A stretch of 64,000 nucleotides of DNA, from contig CM120640.1 in assembly GCA_051362555.1 (NCBI GenBank), positions 44,122,788-44,186,787 on the forward strand. The letters are read 5' to 3'. The notes beneath the pieces are model-generated. The model was not told the origin of the DNA and did not search any database. It saw only the letters and a list, made by a program, of their open reading frames with translations. Positions 27,301 to 41,169 of this stretch are shown here, in pieces. Both the position numbers and the translations under genes were made by a program. Positions within the stretch are counted from its first letter, which is position 1, and every line of letters begins with the position of its first letter. The stretch is from Lingula anatina. Its lineage: Eukaryota > Animalia > Brachiopoda.

Positions 27301-28159
27301 TCATGAGAAAGGAAGATGGTGCATTGCACTTTTTTTACAACAGTCGAGATATGGGAATGGCAGCCACAAATGTTCCTCAGAAAATACACGGAATTGTTGA
27401 TGTCCATGGCAGTACTATACACGTAGAATTAGTGGGTAAGAATGCTATATGCATTGAAAAAGGACAAAGATTTATTTTCATAAATGATGATACATGTATG
27501 TCCATGTGAACTTTGTCCCGTGGGCTGTTCAACCTATCGAATTACCCTTGTCTGACCGTGTAATAGCAACTTGTATCACAATGAAACTGAAAATATAATA
27601 TATTAAAAACAGGTTTGAAATCTTGACATTCATGATCTTTTTTATTTTATATTCAACAGAACAAATTCGAGAGGAAACCACGGAGCCAACAGGTGCCGCT
27701 TTTGAGAGTATGTCTAGAGAAGAACGCGCCTTTGAAAAAATGAAACAAACAATCGATCTCTTGAAGAAGAAAGACGAACGTGCTATTCGATCCACTGAAC
27801 TCATGGTCTTACAACATTTGTACATGTTGTACGCCGATCATAAGGACCGAAAGCTGAGGCAGTTAATGGGTGATAAGCTGGTCCAGTTGAATGCCGCCTC
27901 CCATATTACTGAATATATGAAATTTCTACGTGATTGCGGGCTTGAAAACTATAGAATCTTCAAGTGTTATGATCTGCTTCGTAGTGTTTGTTGGAATTAC
28001 AGTGATTCCAGTCTGAAGTTTGCCAGGTCCATCGGACAGACGGATCTCCTTGGAATTCTGTCTGCAGAGCTTGCCAAGTATCAGAATAGATATATGAGTG
28101 ACGAGGTAAGAAAAAAATCAATTTGATATCACCCAACCCATTAGATAAATTGGAAAATG

Positions 28160-28195
<36 letters not shown>

Positions 28196-30480
28196 TGGCT
28201 TTGACCGGGCTTAAATATATTTAAGAACTTGCACTTTTGAACCAAGCGTCAATTATGATTGTTACCAATTCTCATCGACGGAGTCTCCAGTTATTTTGAA
28301 AATGCAATACATGTTTATTGTTTCGTTTCACAAATATACATCACACAGAAAAAAGTGCCATACTTGTTTCTCTACTTAAACGCAAATTATCTTCAAACAG
28401 AAATGTACTATTAATTCAAAACTATTTTTTTTAATCCCAGGGGAAAAAAGATATTGTTATGTCAGCATTTGGAATTCTTCACAACTGCTCAAAAGTCACG
28501 GAGAACCGAGGGGTGTACTACCGCCTCGGCGTGATCAACATCGCGGTCCCCTACACGAAGCCAGGGAATGACGAAACAGTCGCAATGACGGCCTTAATGA
28601 CCTTGTCCTACCTGGTCACTATTGACCAAAATCACCTGATACAAGCAGAGCCATCAGCAATTGCAAATATTCTGAAGAAACTCGATGAAGCACTGAAAAA
28701 CGCAGCAACTCATCAATCGGACGGTTCTCTTACTTTCCATGCTTACGAAATTGTAGAATCGCTCATAAACCTATCCAAAAGCGTACAAAATCGGGTGACG
28801 ACGGTACAGAAAGGAGGCATTCCCCTGTTTGTGAAAATGATGAAAGTCGGTAATCCACAAGAGCAGGAACTCGCCCTGAACGCCGTGTGGGAACTGATTA
28901 GCGGAGGGGATGGGACGCTGTCAACTATCTCTAGAACAGCAGGGCTATTAGATGCAGTGAAGGCTTTAAAGAGCAGCAAAGTCGAAACCGTTCGTCAAGC
29001 CGCTGAGAGGATTTCATTGAAGCTTGACACGCAGTCTCAAATGTTTTCCCAGAGGTTTGGTAAGGTGGTAGTTTTTCGTTTACAAAATTTAATATCAATA
29101 AATAAATAAATAAATAAATAAATCATGAGCAGTGAATTTTTGGTAATCATAAGTGAAAGTAATTGCATTTTAGACAGGCCATACGGTTAAAAGTTTATTA
29201 CCTTTCCAGATCCGGCACCCAAGCCAAAGTGCACTTACAATGATATCTGCAACAAATTTGTTGAGACTCTCAACTTGCACAGTAAGCTTTCATTAACTTA
29301 AAAATTGTTTTTAAATTCATTTCCTTATCATATTTTTTAAAGATTCTGTTTGCCTATTCTAAACTCTTTTTATTATGTTTTCAATAAGATGTAAAACGAG
29401 TACATGTTGCACTCAACTGTTTCCGGCTATGTGCATGTATTTCCATGCCTTGGAATTTTACAGAATCATATTTTGATGCTAAGTATCATCGCTGCTACTG
29501 CAACGTGTGTCATAATGATAGAGGAGACAAACTGTATTATACTCGCGGAAATCCGCCAAAGGACTACGGTATTCCAATTGGATGGTACAGGTATGCCCTT
29601 TGGTGAGTATACCAACGGCAAACCGGTTTGGTAAATTAGAAATTTGAATGATTTTATATGTCTTCAACGTCTCCGTGTGTTACAGCCGTGAGCAAAACTC
29701 TATATTTTTCATGTATATTGTGAAACCGCAAAACTTTTTGCTTTTTGTTTTGTTATGCATTGCTACTGTGGGATATTTTCTGACTATTTGAAGTTTTTTT
29801 TCTTTACTGAATCAAGTTGCATGTATGAGCTGTCTATTTTTTCACCGTTTTACCAGCCTTCCACCTAAAGCAAAAGCTATGAATGTATTGGACAACTGGC
29901 ACAGGGCATTCCATGGCACCAAGAAAGATGTGGTCACCAAGATACTTGAAGTCGGGGAACTACTCATTCCAGGTTAGGCACTGTTTGTCTTATGACATGA
30001 CGGGAAAAGCGCTTGTATTGCGAGCAACTTTAATTCACGAAACCTGTGATACTTATGTGTCAGTGGTCTAATTAATGTCAACTTCACCTATTCATTCACT
30101 TATTCAAGTGCGCAGTACTATTGTTTAAAATTTTTGTTGATCCGTACGTAATCTCGAACTCGGGTATTTTTTGAATTATTATTTTTTATTAAACTTTTTT
30201 TCTTTTTTCCCATAGAGATGCCGTATTAGAGTGATATAAAAGTTATCAACATTTGTTTTTCATGTATTCATTTACTTGGATTTTAGGCGATGTAGCGTTG
30301 GGCGGCGACAAAATAAGCGAGAGGGAAGGCCATTTCAAAGACGACAATAAGCCTGAAGGGTTCGACACCAAGAAAATATTTGTATCTCCCAGTATCCGTT
30401 ATGCTGGCCATGGCGCTTATGCCATGCCACACAAGTATGTATCCGTGTGTTGTATCCGTGTGGTTTTTATGAATAGTAAA

Positions 30481-30516
<36 letters not shown>

Positions 30517-31743
30517 ATGTTTGTTTTGGAAGAACCCTGCTGTCAGTATCGTATTTTTCTAATGCTATATTGAATCATGTTATCATGAAAATAATCATAG
30601 TAACAATAATAAAAATAATAATAATTTTACCGATTTTTCTCCTGTAGATGAGGATTCTGAAAATTAAATTAAAGAACAAGCTTAAGCATCACTATCGTCT
30701 CTTCCTTTATTTTCATATTTATTATTCATTTACCAAGTCTGTATAAATAATAAATGTGAAAAATAATAAATGTAAACTTAAAGAAACATTACAAATATAA
30801 ACAGAAATAGATATGGTTTGCATCGCAAAGGGTGATCCTGTAGCCCAAGAAAGACGTTGGAGATATTGAAGTGCGTTTTGAATATACATGTAAATGCGTT
30901 TCGGTACGCAGCTTCAAATATCATGACATTAAATCTTACGATCTTGCGACCACGACTCTCTATCACTCCTGTCTCTTCAACATAACAAATTAAAGAGGAT
31001 GTTTATACACGTGATTCTTTGTTAATTTTTGGATTAAAAAGACTTTCGCCACACTTGATACATTTTTAACAGGTACATGTATACATGTAGCATACAGTGA
31101 ATCGTCACAAAGATATCACTCTAAAACAGTTAGAACAAACGAAACAATACTTGAGTAAGCGAGATTTTAGCTTGACTTTCCTTAAAAGGCGACAAGACTT
31201 ATGGATTACTTACTTGAATTTCTACACCCCATTGTGACAAAGAAACAAATTACAAATTCAAATTCAAATTACGAAAATACAACACCTGTGAGGTGTCAAG
31301 TAAGTGAAATTTGTTTTGTATCTAAGGCGTCATAATAAGTATTATGACGTCGGGATGCATCGTTCACTTAAATTACGTCACAACGCAGGAACATGTAGCC
31401 TAAATGACATTTTAATTTTAATGGGTTAAAAGAGACGTGGTTCAATATTATGAATGATATTTTTGACCTTTTTTATTTTTGAAGCTGGTTTCCTCATAAA
31501 AGATAAGTCATGCACTTTTCCAAATATTTCAGATTTGTGGTATCGGGAAAAACCTATGTGGCCCGTGTAGCACTTCAAGTGTGCATTCGCCCAGGCAGCT
31601 ATGATGTCGGCGATCAAACTATCGGAGAAACCAAGCCAATCGACCCAAAGTTTGACAATCAGGAAATAGAGTGGTCAACTAAAGAGCGTGGAAGCACCAT
31701 TTTGTATGGTCTGCTGGTGAAATTGGAAGAACAAGCTTCTTGA
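24307..31743 (+). CDS. Copy 2 (intact, ~993 aa): N-myristoylation motif, SPSB-type SPRY, neuralized/NHR domain, ARM repeats, NEURL4-type ADP-ribosyltransferase domain
   Basis: 14 exons: 24307-24474, 24919-25081, 25271-25573, 25994-26056, 26211-26325, 26660-26924, 27282-27435, 27660-28105, 28441-29059, 29210-29281, 29464-29602, 29857-29972, 30287-30434, 31533-31743; total 2982 nt with an open frame. Motifs: MGNEAS; TDAVRGKRGY...AVIGVAT...SMGWD...LYPAISATYG (SPSB SPRY); FKKQCGKNIELS...GDKFGVMRKEDGALHFF...VDVHG (NHR); GGIPLFVKMM...EQELALNAVWEL (ARM); CYCNVC...RGNPPKDYGIPIGW...WHRAFHGT...SPSIRYA...QVCIRPGSY...EIEWSTKERGSTILYGLLVK (NEURL4 C-terminal ART). Confidence 0.88.
28161..28192. repeat. (TG)n microsatellite, with a paralogous run at 38798-38834
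   Basis: Direct dinucleotide run in the same intron of copies 2 and 3. Confidence 0.9.
30483..30512. repeat. (GT)n microsatellite, with a paralogous run at ~41134-41172
   Basis: Direct dinucleotide run in the last intron of copies 2 and 3. Confidence 0.9.
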
Positions 31744-32679
31744 AATAGTTAATCTTAACTTTGACGGAGCTGAGAACAATAAAGCTTTTGACTTAATCGG
31801 GGTGAAGAGTTTGAATGGTACAGGGGTATTTCATTCTGTATCCATATCGATCAGATCATATTGGAAAGTGTCGGTTTCATTCCATTTGTAAATTGTTTTA
31901 TGTTATGGCGTGACATTTGCAATGGATAGTCCTAAACCTACTTGCGGTTGATTGTGATTGACTTAAAACGCTGCATATATATTTTAAAAAATGATGTCTA
32001 CGTGAGAAAAATAATCCCTTTCTAATTACATGTGCCTACTGATATTTGAAGAGTCAAAAACATGCCGATTTTCAAACCAGGTTATAATTTACATCCACGC
32101 AGATTCTTGCGCTTTGTGTCGATTTTTCTCAACCTTTTAGAAAAGACATTTCTACTCTGCATCAAGTGATTTGGAGATGGTAATTGGTATTTTCGAAATC
32201 AAGAAGGTCTATTTGTATCCTTTAATAAAAAGTACTGTAGCATCCACAAATATGCTTGTTCCTTGCAGTAAACTTGTCTTTGTAGGTTACAGACATTGGG
32301 CGAAGTAGCCTACATGTATAGACTAGTAATAGTGCCAATATTTCCTGTTATTTGGGCCTATTCGTTACTCATTGAGTTGTATTTCACAAACGAATTTTCA
32401 AAGAAGCACTGGACTAAAATTTTAGCCAAGACTTTGTTTCTCTCTGTAGGTGACGTCAGCCGGTCACCTAATCTGCACTGCTGCTAAATAAAGTGGCTCT
32501 AAATGTGTTACTATTTTTTGTCAGAAATGATATGTTTAACGGCTGGTTTTAGGTAGTTGGAAACGTGCCATTCTGCATGTCCACCTACAGACGATATATT
32601 AAATCAAGCGATAGTTGAGTATCAGATTACAAAGCCAATTGTGTCACCCTTTGGTTGTGAAAGACCAGATTATTTTTAA

Positions 32680-32725
32680 ATGGCGTGGATGCCTGACGAA
32701 AGTTGCAAAATATTTCAAGATCTAC
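32680..32725 (+). pseudogene. Second stranded, degraded duplicate of TIMM44 coding exon 1
   Basis: ATGGCGTGGATGCCTGACGAAAGTTGCAAAATATTTCAAGATCTAC carries internal deletions relative to 44546-44600 and has the same breakpoint as the first copy. Confidence 0.75.
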
Positions 32726-33410
32726 CCTTATCTTGAAAACACGGCTTTTATTTTATAAAAAGAGTATCCGCTAACGCATCAAATTATATATCCATACCCA
32801 AGCAGAAGCATTGGTGGATGTAGGATTTTACTTAAAGCGACAGGGGGTCACAAGGACAAAAAGGACAATTTTACCACATTACGTTGGGTACAGGGGTGGA
32901 AAATTGATGGATTTGTTTTTTTTTTTGCTTCTTGTACATTGGAGGGGGGGGGAGAGAAGCTGAGAATATTATTCCTTTCGAAAGTAAACATTTTCAAGCA
33001 AACTGAGCTTAGATTTAACTAGGAAAGAGTTCTCGTTCATATCAAAAGCGCATTTGATGGATACATGCCAATGGTAACGTTCGTGCCTCCCTAACATGAA
33101 ACATTTTAAAGACAAATATGAACAAGTGATAAAAACATAGTCCCCTCAACAAATTTAACAATGAACCTTCGATCATTTATATATCCAGGGCTCTAATAGG
33201 CCTATCTCAAACAAAATGTTATCCCACACACATTTCTTTGTTTGAAACCATATTAAAGGTACGGAGTATTTAAACACTTTTTGAAGGGGGGGGGGGCTCA
33301 CACAAAATTATTTTAATTGCTGTATGGACCCAATGATGAATATTCTGAATATTATTATTCTGAATATTATGGAACAACAAGCAGGAGTTTATGATCGATT
33401 CCGAGATGAC

Positions 33411-33440
33411 GGGGAATCTCGTCAGCTTCAGTCACGTGAC
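33411..33440 (+). promoter_or_regulatory. kB-like GGGGAATCTC and E-box GTCACGTGAC upstream of copy 3
   Basis: Positionally equivalent to the elements in units 1 and 2. Confidence 0.4.
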
Positions 33441-34154
33441 CCATACTTGGGTTGTTTATCTGCTGTAAACTCCTGTCCTGTTCGCGTGTATGTGGGTCAA
33501 ACATTATACAGGTAAAATTCTGGTTAATTGTAATCACTTAATCTTAGCATATCATTATGATGACATCAGAAGCAACTGATTATTTTATTCACGCCGAAAA
33601 GAAACTGTAGATAGATTTTGAGACAACACCGCGTATATGATACATTAGAACCTATGTTCGACTGTAGCTCACTTCCGTAATCTCAGCAATTGCTGATTCT
33701 GGTTGTTGCTTTTGTTATACTCCCACTCCATGCATTTCCTGGTACTAAGTAGCGCAGTTATGAGGAAACAAATAAAAATTATAATGTAAAAAGATTGAAG
33801 TTGATGAGTGTAAATCAATTAACAGAAGAAGAAAATAAAAAGTAGGCCTACTAACACATGTCAAGGTCACAGCTACTTTCGTTTTCGATTCCGTCGTAAT
33901 CTGAAAAACGCAGTGTTTGTTGTGATCTCTCGGGACATTTTCAACCTCTTATCATGGAAATTACAATCTGCTATACTGAAGCATGTAATCATTAAGATTT
34001 TGTGAATATTAATGAATTAGTTGCAGACGGGAATACGAATCAATGAAGTAGGCCCTATGTATGTGTAGAGTAAACTGTGTTTACTCATTTTTAATTCAGG
34101 GCTATATGTTAAATTTGATACCATTCAGTGCATTCAAATTAATGTCAATTCGCA

Positions 34155-34961
34155 ATGGGAAATGAAGCATCGACATTACGTCTTCTCCATAATTTGGCGG
34201 AGCTTGAACAAGAGCTTGAACGAGACCAAGTTTCTAAGTCCAACCAACCACTAAAGGTGCAACATGGCTGGGATTCCAAGGACTGCTCAAATAATATGAC
34301 GGTGCTAGATGACGGTTTGAAGGTAGGATCTACGGATCACCAAAAAAAAAAGTTTCTGATCTATCCTGAACATTTCATCAATGTTTCATAATGTTTTTAG
34401 TTTTGCTGTTGAAAAACAAATAAACAACCCATTATCCATCCCTGTGCCGCACTTTTTATAGTGTCCATCAACTGTTTTATAGAAATGAAAAAAGGCTGAG
34501 CGGCCTGATTCAAAAGTTTTATATTTGTAACTCTTATTTAGTAAAATCCTGTATCTGCTTGTGATTTGTTTCATTTTCAAACTAGACTCCTTATAGCGAA
34601 TAGGGAAAAAACGGCTGTCTATTTTATTATATTATTGATTAAAGTCTTGTTTAAACGTTTGTTTTCTTTATTCATCAAAGTTGTAAAATCATACATTGTA
34701 CCTATTTTACAGGTGCGTAGAAATAAATCTTTACAGCCTAGGACGGATGCCGTTAGGGGCAAGAGAGGTTATGGTCAAGGAATACACATCTGGAAGATTC
34801 ACTGGCCTCAGTCGATGAGAGGCAGCAATGCTGTTATTGGTGTGGCTACATATCAGGCCCCTCTGACTTGTATTGGTGAGTTTGGTTGGATGGTGACAGC
34901 AAAAAAAAATCACCTTGACCCATACATGTACATAAGCTATGTATAAAAGTGATTATGCTTG

Positions 34962-35003
<42 letters not shown>

Positions 35004-38000
35004 TAAAATCGGATTACTGTATTACGTACGTTGATCAGAAGAATAAATGTCACAAAGTTTTAAGTGTAATTTGGCCTCTTTAAATTGCATATAGGCGATC
35101 TGTTTCAAGTGCTTCTAATCATATCATTCTCTTGAAGGTTATTCGTCTTTGGTTGGTTCGAATAATCAGTCCATGGGATGGGATATTGTCCGCAATGTTC
35201 TTCTCTTCAATGACTGCGTCATCAGAAAGTACCCGGATGATGCACCTGGTGAATTTGTTGCTCCTGATGTCATCACTGTAATTCTCAATATGGACTCGGG
35301 TACTCTTGGCTTTAAGAGTGATGGGAAAAATTACGGAGTGGCACTGAAGGGTCTTCGGTTACTGGGGAAAAAACTTTACCCTGCCATAAGCGCAACATAC
35401 GGCAACTGTGAAGTGGGTATCGAGTATATCAGAAGTATATCAGGTAAATGCTGGGCTCAGAGGAACTTTTACTTGAAATAATTTGAAAAATATCGTTTCC
35501 TTAATTTTTATTTAAATATTAAAATGATGACTAAATCTTACAAAAAAATTCAATATTTAATAAATTATTGATGAAAAAAGACACAGAAAAGTATCACAAT
35601 AGGCGACCAGTGCATAGGGGAAACCAGGGCTAGTTGGCCCAGTTAGACAGTTTTGTGCCAACTAGGAATGAGTTAGAGTAACAAAACCGGTTTCAAAGTA
35701 AGCCCCATGAACTAAGCTACGTATGCAACGTCATTATTTTTCAAAAATAATGCCAGATGGCTCACAATTTGACAAAAAACGCAGTTAAGGTGGGGGGGGG
35801 GGCAACTTGCCCAGGGTTGGGGCAAGTTGGCACCCTATATGAAAATGAAGTAAGTATCCCAAGTAAACGTCTTGAAATACATTTTTATACATTTTTAATT
35901 TATTACATTGATTTTTGAGAGTCTTTGATGAATAAATAGTTCATATGAGGCAGATTTATTGAGGTTTCCGTACGTCACGTTGTATGTGTTGCAAGAACCA
36001 ATATATCAGACTCATTATCTATCAATAAAATTTGTTTTGTTTTAATTAAGAATAAATTGATACTGGTTTACAGCAGCTTTTTAATGAATGAAAACGAATA
36101 ATAAATTTTCGTTTTAAAAGAAAGTAACAAATTCAGTTTTAAACCATTGAGTTTGTTTCAACAATGGTCTCTAGCTCTGTTGCGCGCAAAGGTTTGTGGG
36201 TAATATGAGGGACCAACCTGCCCCGAGTCAAGGCGGCCAAAAGCCTATGAAAATAGATTTTTAAATCCCTTAAAGAAAATTACTTTTAGGTGCAAAAATC
36301 GTTTATTTCGACTCACCGCTTAAGTAAAACTTTTTAACGCCCGCCACTTCCTTAGCATTGTATGCTACGGACACTTTACAAGAGTATGTGGCCAATTTTT
36401 TTTTAACCTCGTAGTTACTTTTTCATAAATTGACGGGGGGGGGGGGGGGGAGGCAACTTAACCCCGGGGTCCAACTAGCCCCGGTCTCCCCTAGTAACTA
36501 GATTGTTGATGGATAATGCTAGTGTTTTGAACAAAATCGTGAGAAGTATGCAGTATGCACAATATTTTCTCTCATACTCTGCTCACAATTTTAAAAACCT
36601 ATTTGTTTCTTTCGATTCATGTAAGACGCAGCACCTGCGCCCGACCTCCCGTCTTCTTCAAGGCCCACTGAAAGAACCACTGCAAGAGGTACGCTCTGTA
36701 ACCTGAATACAACCATTGCATCTTAAATCCTAGAATAAATCTTGAATATCGTTCTCATTCAGGAAATTTTATTTTATTTTTTATTTTATTATAGACGGAT
36801 CACTAGTTTTGTTTCAAACTAAATCTGGCTATTTCTTTCAGAGCAGGGAAGACCACAGGCAAAACCATGTCCTCCGGCCCAGCCTCTGAAATTCAAAAAG
36901 CAATGTGGGAAAAATATCGAATTGTCAAATGACAGCATTCAAGCGGAGAGATCAAAGTACGTTTTGATCAATTATTCACCTTTAAAAGCAGAAAAATAGA
37001 AAATGAGGAAGTTAAAAAATAATTTATGTAATAGAAATTTCACTGACGTTTTTATCTATCTTCAGGTATTTTATCGACGAAAGGGGTTTTATGTATTGTT
37101 ATTTAAGTATTTTGTTGCTGAAATATTGTAAATGCCCCCTTGGGATGTTAAAACATCTTCAATTTGATTATATTTTAGACATCTTTTTGCATTATATATT
37201 ATGAATATTCTTATATGGCGTTAACCAATAAAATTAAAAACCGGATGCCACGCATTATTACAATAACGGTTTGTACCACCTCATTTTCCATTCCAGTTTT
37301 ATGTCTGAATCAGACAAAGCAGTTGTTTTGACTTCGAGAAGTCTACAACCAAATGAAAAGTTTGAAATATGTGTAAAGAGAACTCTTGGTCAATGGGCAG
37401 AGGGTCTAGCGATCGGAGTTGTGGCTCTGGAAGCAGGTTTCGAGATTCCGAGAAGGCTCCCTGGACAAGCCGCAGATATAGCGTGGGTCTGGAAAGGCAC
37501 GGATGTTTTGCATGACCGAAAAACGGAACGGAAATTGGATTTTAACCTTAATTCCGCAAAAGTATGTATTTAAGGATTGTATGTATATATTTATTATGTT
37601 TCGCCTCTGTGAACAAAGGGGTCTCTGCTGGAGCCCAGTCTGTCGCGTATTGTTCCTGATACCTCTATATTAATAGTGCTGTATGAAACAAAGTAAAAAC
37701 GTTTCTCATTTTTCCCAATCAACGTGAAAATCCCGAGAGCGAAAGAGTAAGTCCAGTTGTTTTAATCGAAATTCACAAAGATTTCATTTCGTTTATGAGA
37801 AAGGATAAATGTGCAAGTGATTGATTTTTTTATCAAATACACGAGCGACCAATACATTTTTTGTGAACATGATTACCGAAATTCTTATAGTCAGGGAGTT
37901 AACTACTATCTTTAGCTCTAATTTTAGATTGGCGACACATTTGGTGTCTCGAGAAAGGAAGATGGTACATTGCATTTCTTTTACAACGGTCGAGATATGG

Positions 38001-38795
38001 GAATGGCAGCCACAAATATTCCTCAGAAAATACACGGAATTGTCGATGTCCATGGAAGTACTATACACGTAGAATTAGTGGGTAAGAATGATATATGTAT
38101 TGAAAAAAGGACAAAGATTTATTTTTATCAATGATGATCTGCCCATGTGAATTTTCCCGCGGGCTGTTCAACCTGTCGAATAACCGTTGTTTGACCGTGT
38201 ACTAGCACCTCATATCACAGTGAAACTGAAAGTAAAATGAATTTAAAACAGGTCTGAAATCTTGACGTGTTCTTTTTTTATTTCATATTCAACAGAACAA
38301 GTTCGAGAGGAAACCACAGAGCCAACAGGTGCCGCTTTCACGCGCATGTCTAGAGAAGATCGTGCTTTTGAAAAAATGAAACAAACGATCGACTTCTTAA
38401 AGAAGAAAGACGAACGCACTATTCGATCAGCTGGGCTTATGGTCTACCAAAATTTGTGCATGTTGTACGCCGATCATAAGGACCGAAAGCTGAGGCAGTT
38501 AATGGGTGATAAACTGGTCCAGTTGAACGGCGCCTTCCATATTACAGAATATCTGAAATTTCTCCGTGATTGCGGGATTGAAAACGACAAAATCTATACG
38601 TGTTATGAGCTGCTTCGTAGTGTTTGTTGGAATTACAGTGATGGCAGTCTGAAGTTTGCCAGGTCCATCGGACAGACGGATCTCCTTGGAATTCTGTCTG
38701 CAGAGCTTGCCAAGTATCAGACTAGATATATGAGTGACGAGGTAAGAAATAAGAAACAATTTGATAACCCCCAACCTATTAGAAAAATTGAAAAA

Positions 38796-38838
<43 letters not shown>

Positions 38839-41134
38839 GCATTGACTTTGACCGAGCTTAAATATATTACAACTTTAACTTTTGACCTAGGTGTCAATTA
38901 AGATTGTTACTGATTCTCACCAACGGAGCCTCCAGTTATTTTGAAAATGTAATTCATGTTATATTGTTCCTTATACATATATATCACACAAAATAAAATG
39001 TACTATACTTGCTATCTACTTAGATACATGACAAATTATCTTCAAACAGAGATGTGGTATTCTATCAAAGCTAATGTCTTTTAATCCCAGGGGAAAAGAG
39101 GTATTGTAAAGTCAGCATTTGGAATTCTTCACAACTGCGCAAAAGTCGCAGACAACCGAGAGGTGTATGACCGCCTTGGTGTAATCAACATCGTTGTTCC
39201 GTATACGAAGCCAGGGAATGACAAAACAATCGCAATGTCAGCCTTAATGACCTTGTCCTACCTGGTTACTATTGACCAACAACACCTGATCCAAGCTGAG
39301 CCATCAGCAATTGCAGACATTCTGAAGAAACTCGACGAAGCACTGAAAAACCCAGCAACTCATCAGTCGGACGGTTACCATGCCTACGAAATTGTGGAAT
39401 CTCTTATAAACCTATCGAAAAGTGCACAAAATAGGGTGACGACAGTACAGAAAGGAGGCATTCCCCTGTTTGTAAAAATGATGAAAGTCGGTAATCCACA
39501 AGAACAGGAACTCACCCTGAACGCCGTGTGGGAACTTATTAACGGAGGTGACAGGACGCTGTCAACTATCTCTAGAACAGCAGGGCTATTAGATGCAGTG
39601 AAGGCTTTAAAGAGCAGCAAAGTAGAAACTGTTCGTCAAGCCGCTGAGAGGATTTCATTGAAGCTTGATACACAGACTCAAATGTTTTCCCAGAGTTTTG
39701 GTAAGGTGATAGGTTTTCGTTTAGAAAAATAAATATAGATTAATAATTAATAATAATAAATTAATATAAATAAACCATGAGCAGTGAATTGTTGGTAAAC
39801 ATGAGTGAACGTAATTGCATTTAGACAAGCTATAGTGTTTAAAGTTTATTACCTTTCCAGATCCTACACCCAAACCAAAGTGCACTTACAAAGATATCTG
39901 CAACAAATTTGTTGCGACACTCAACATACATGGTAAGTTCTCATTAACTTGAAAAGTATTTTCAAATTCATTTTTTTATAATATTTTTAAAGATTCTATT
40001 CGCCTATTCTAAACTTTTTTACTATGTTTTTAATAAGGGAGTAAAGCTTGTACACGATGCACTCAAATGTTTTCGGTTATCTACATACATTTGCATGCCT
40101 TGGAATTTTACAGAGACATATTTTGATGCTAAGTATCATCGCTGCTACTGCAACGTGTGTCATACTGACAGAGGAGATAAACTGTATTATACTCGCGGAA
40201 ATCCACCAAAGGACTACGGTATTCCAATTGGATGGTACAGGTATGCCCTTTGGTGAGTATAACAATGCCAAACCGGGTTTGGTAACTTAATAATTTGAAT
40301 GATTTTATGTCTTCAACGTCTGCGTGTGTTACAGACGGAAGCAAAACTTAAAATACTGTGCAAAATAGTTTTATTCATGTATATTGTGAAACCGCAAAAC
40401 TTTTTTGCTTTTTGTTTTGTTATGCAATGCTACTGTGGGATAGTCTTGTGGCTATTCGAAGTTTGTTTTTTTTTACTGTATCAAGGTGCATGTATGAGCT
40501 GTCTTTTTTATGTGGTACCAGCCTTCCACCTAAAGCAAAAGCTATGAACGTATTGGACAAATGGCACAGGGCATTCCATGGCACTAAGAAAGATGTGGTT
40601 AGCAAGATACTTGAAGTCGGGGAACTGCTCATTCCAGGTTAAGCACTCAGTTTGTCTAATGAAGTCACGGGACAGGCACTTGTATTACGAACAACTCTCG
40701 AAACGTGTGATATTTATGTCAGTGTCTAATTAATGTCAACTTCACTTCATTCATCTACTTATTAAAGTTTACACGCAGGACTTTTGTTTTAAATTTTTGT
40801 TGGTCCGTACGAGATCTCGAACTCGTGTATTTTTTTTGTATTATTTTTTATTAAACTTTTTTTTGGAGATGCCATATTAGAGACATATAAAAGTTATCAA
40901 CATTTATTTTTTCATGTATTCATAAACTTGGATTTTAGGAGACGTAGCGTTGGGCGGCGACAAAATAAGCGAGAGGGAAGGCCATTTCAAAGACGACTAT
41001 AAGCCTGAAGGGTTCGACACCAAGAAAATATTTGTATCTCCTAGTATCCGTTATGCTGGCCATGACGCTTATGCCATGCCACACAAGTATGTATCCGTGT
41101 GTTGTATCCGTGTGGTTTTTATGAAAAGTAAACA

Positions 41135-41169
<35 letters not shown>

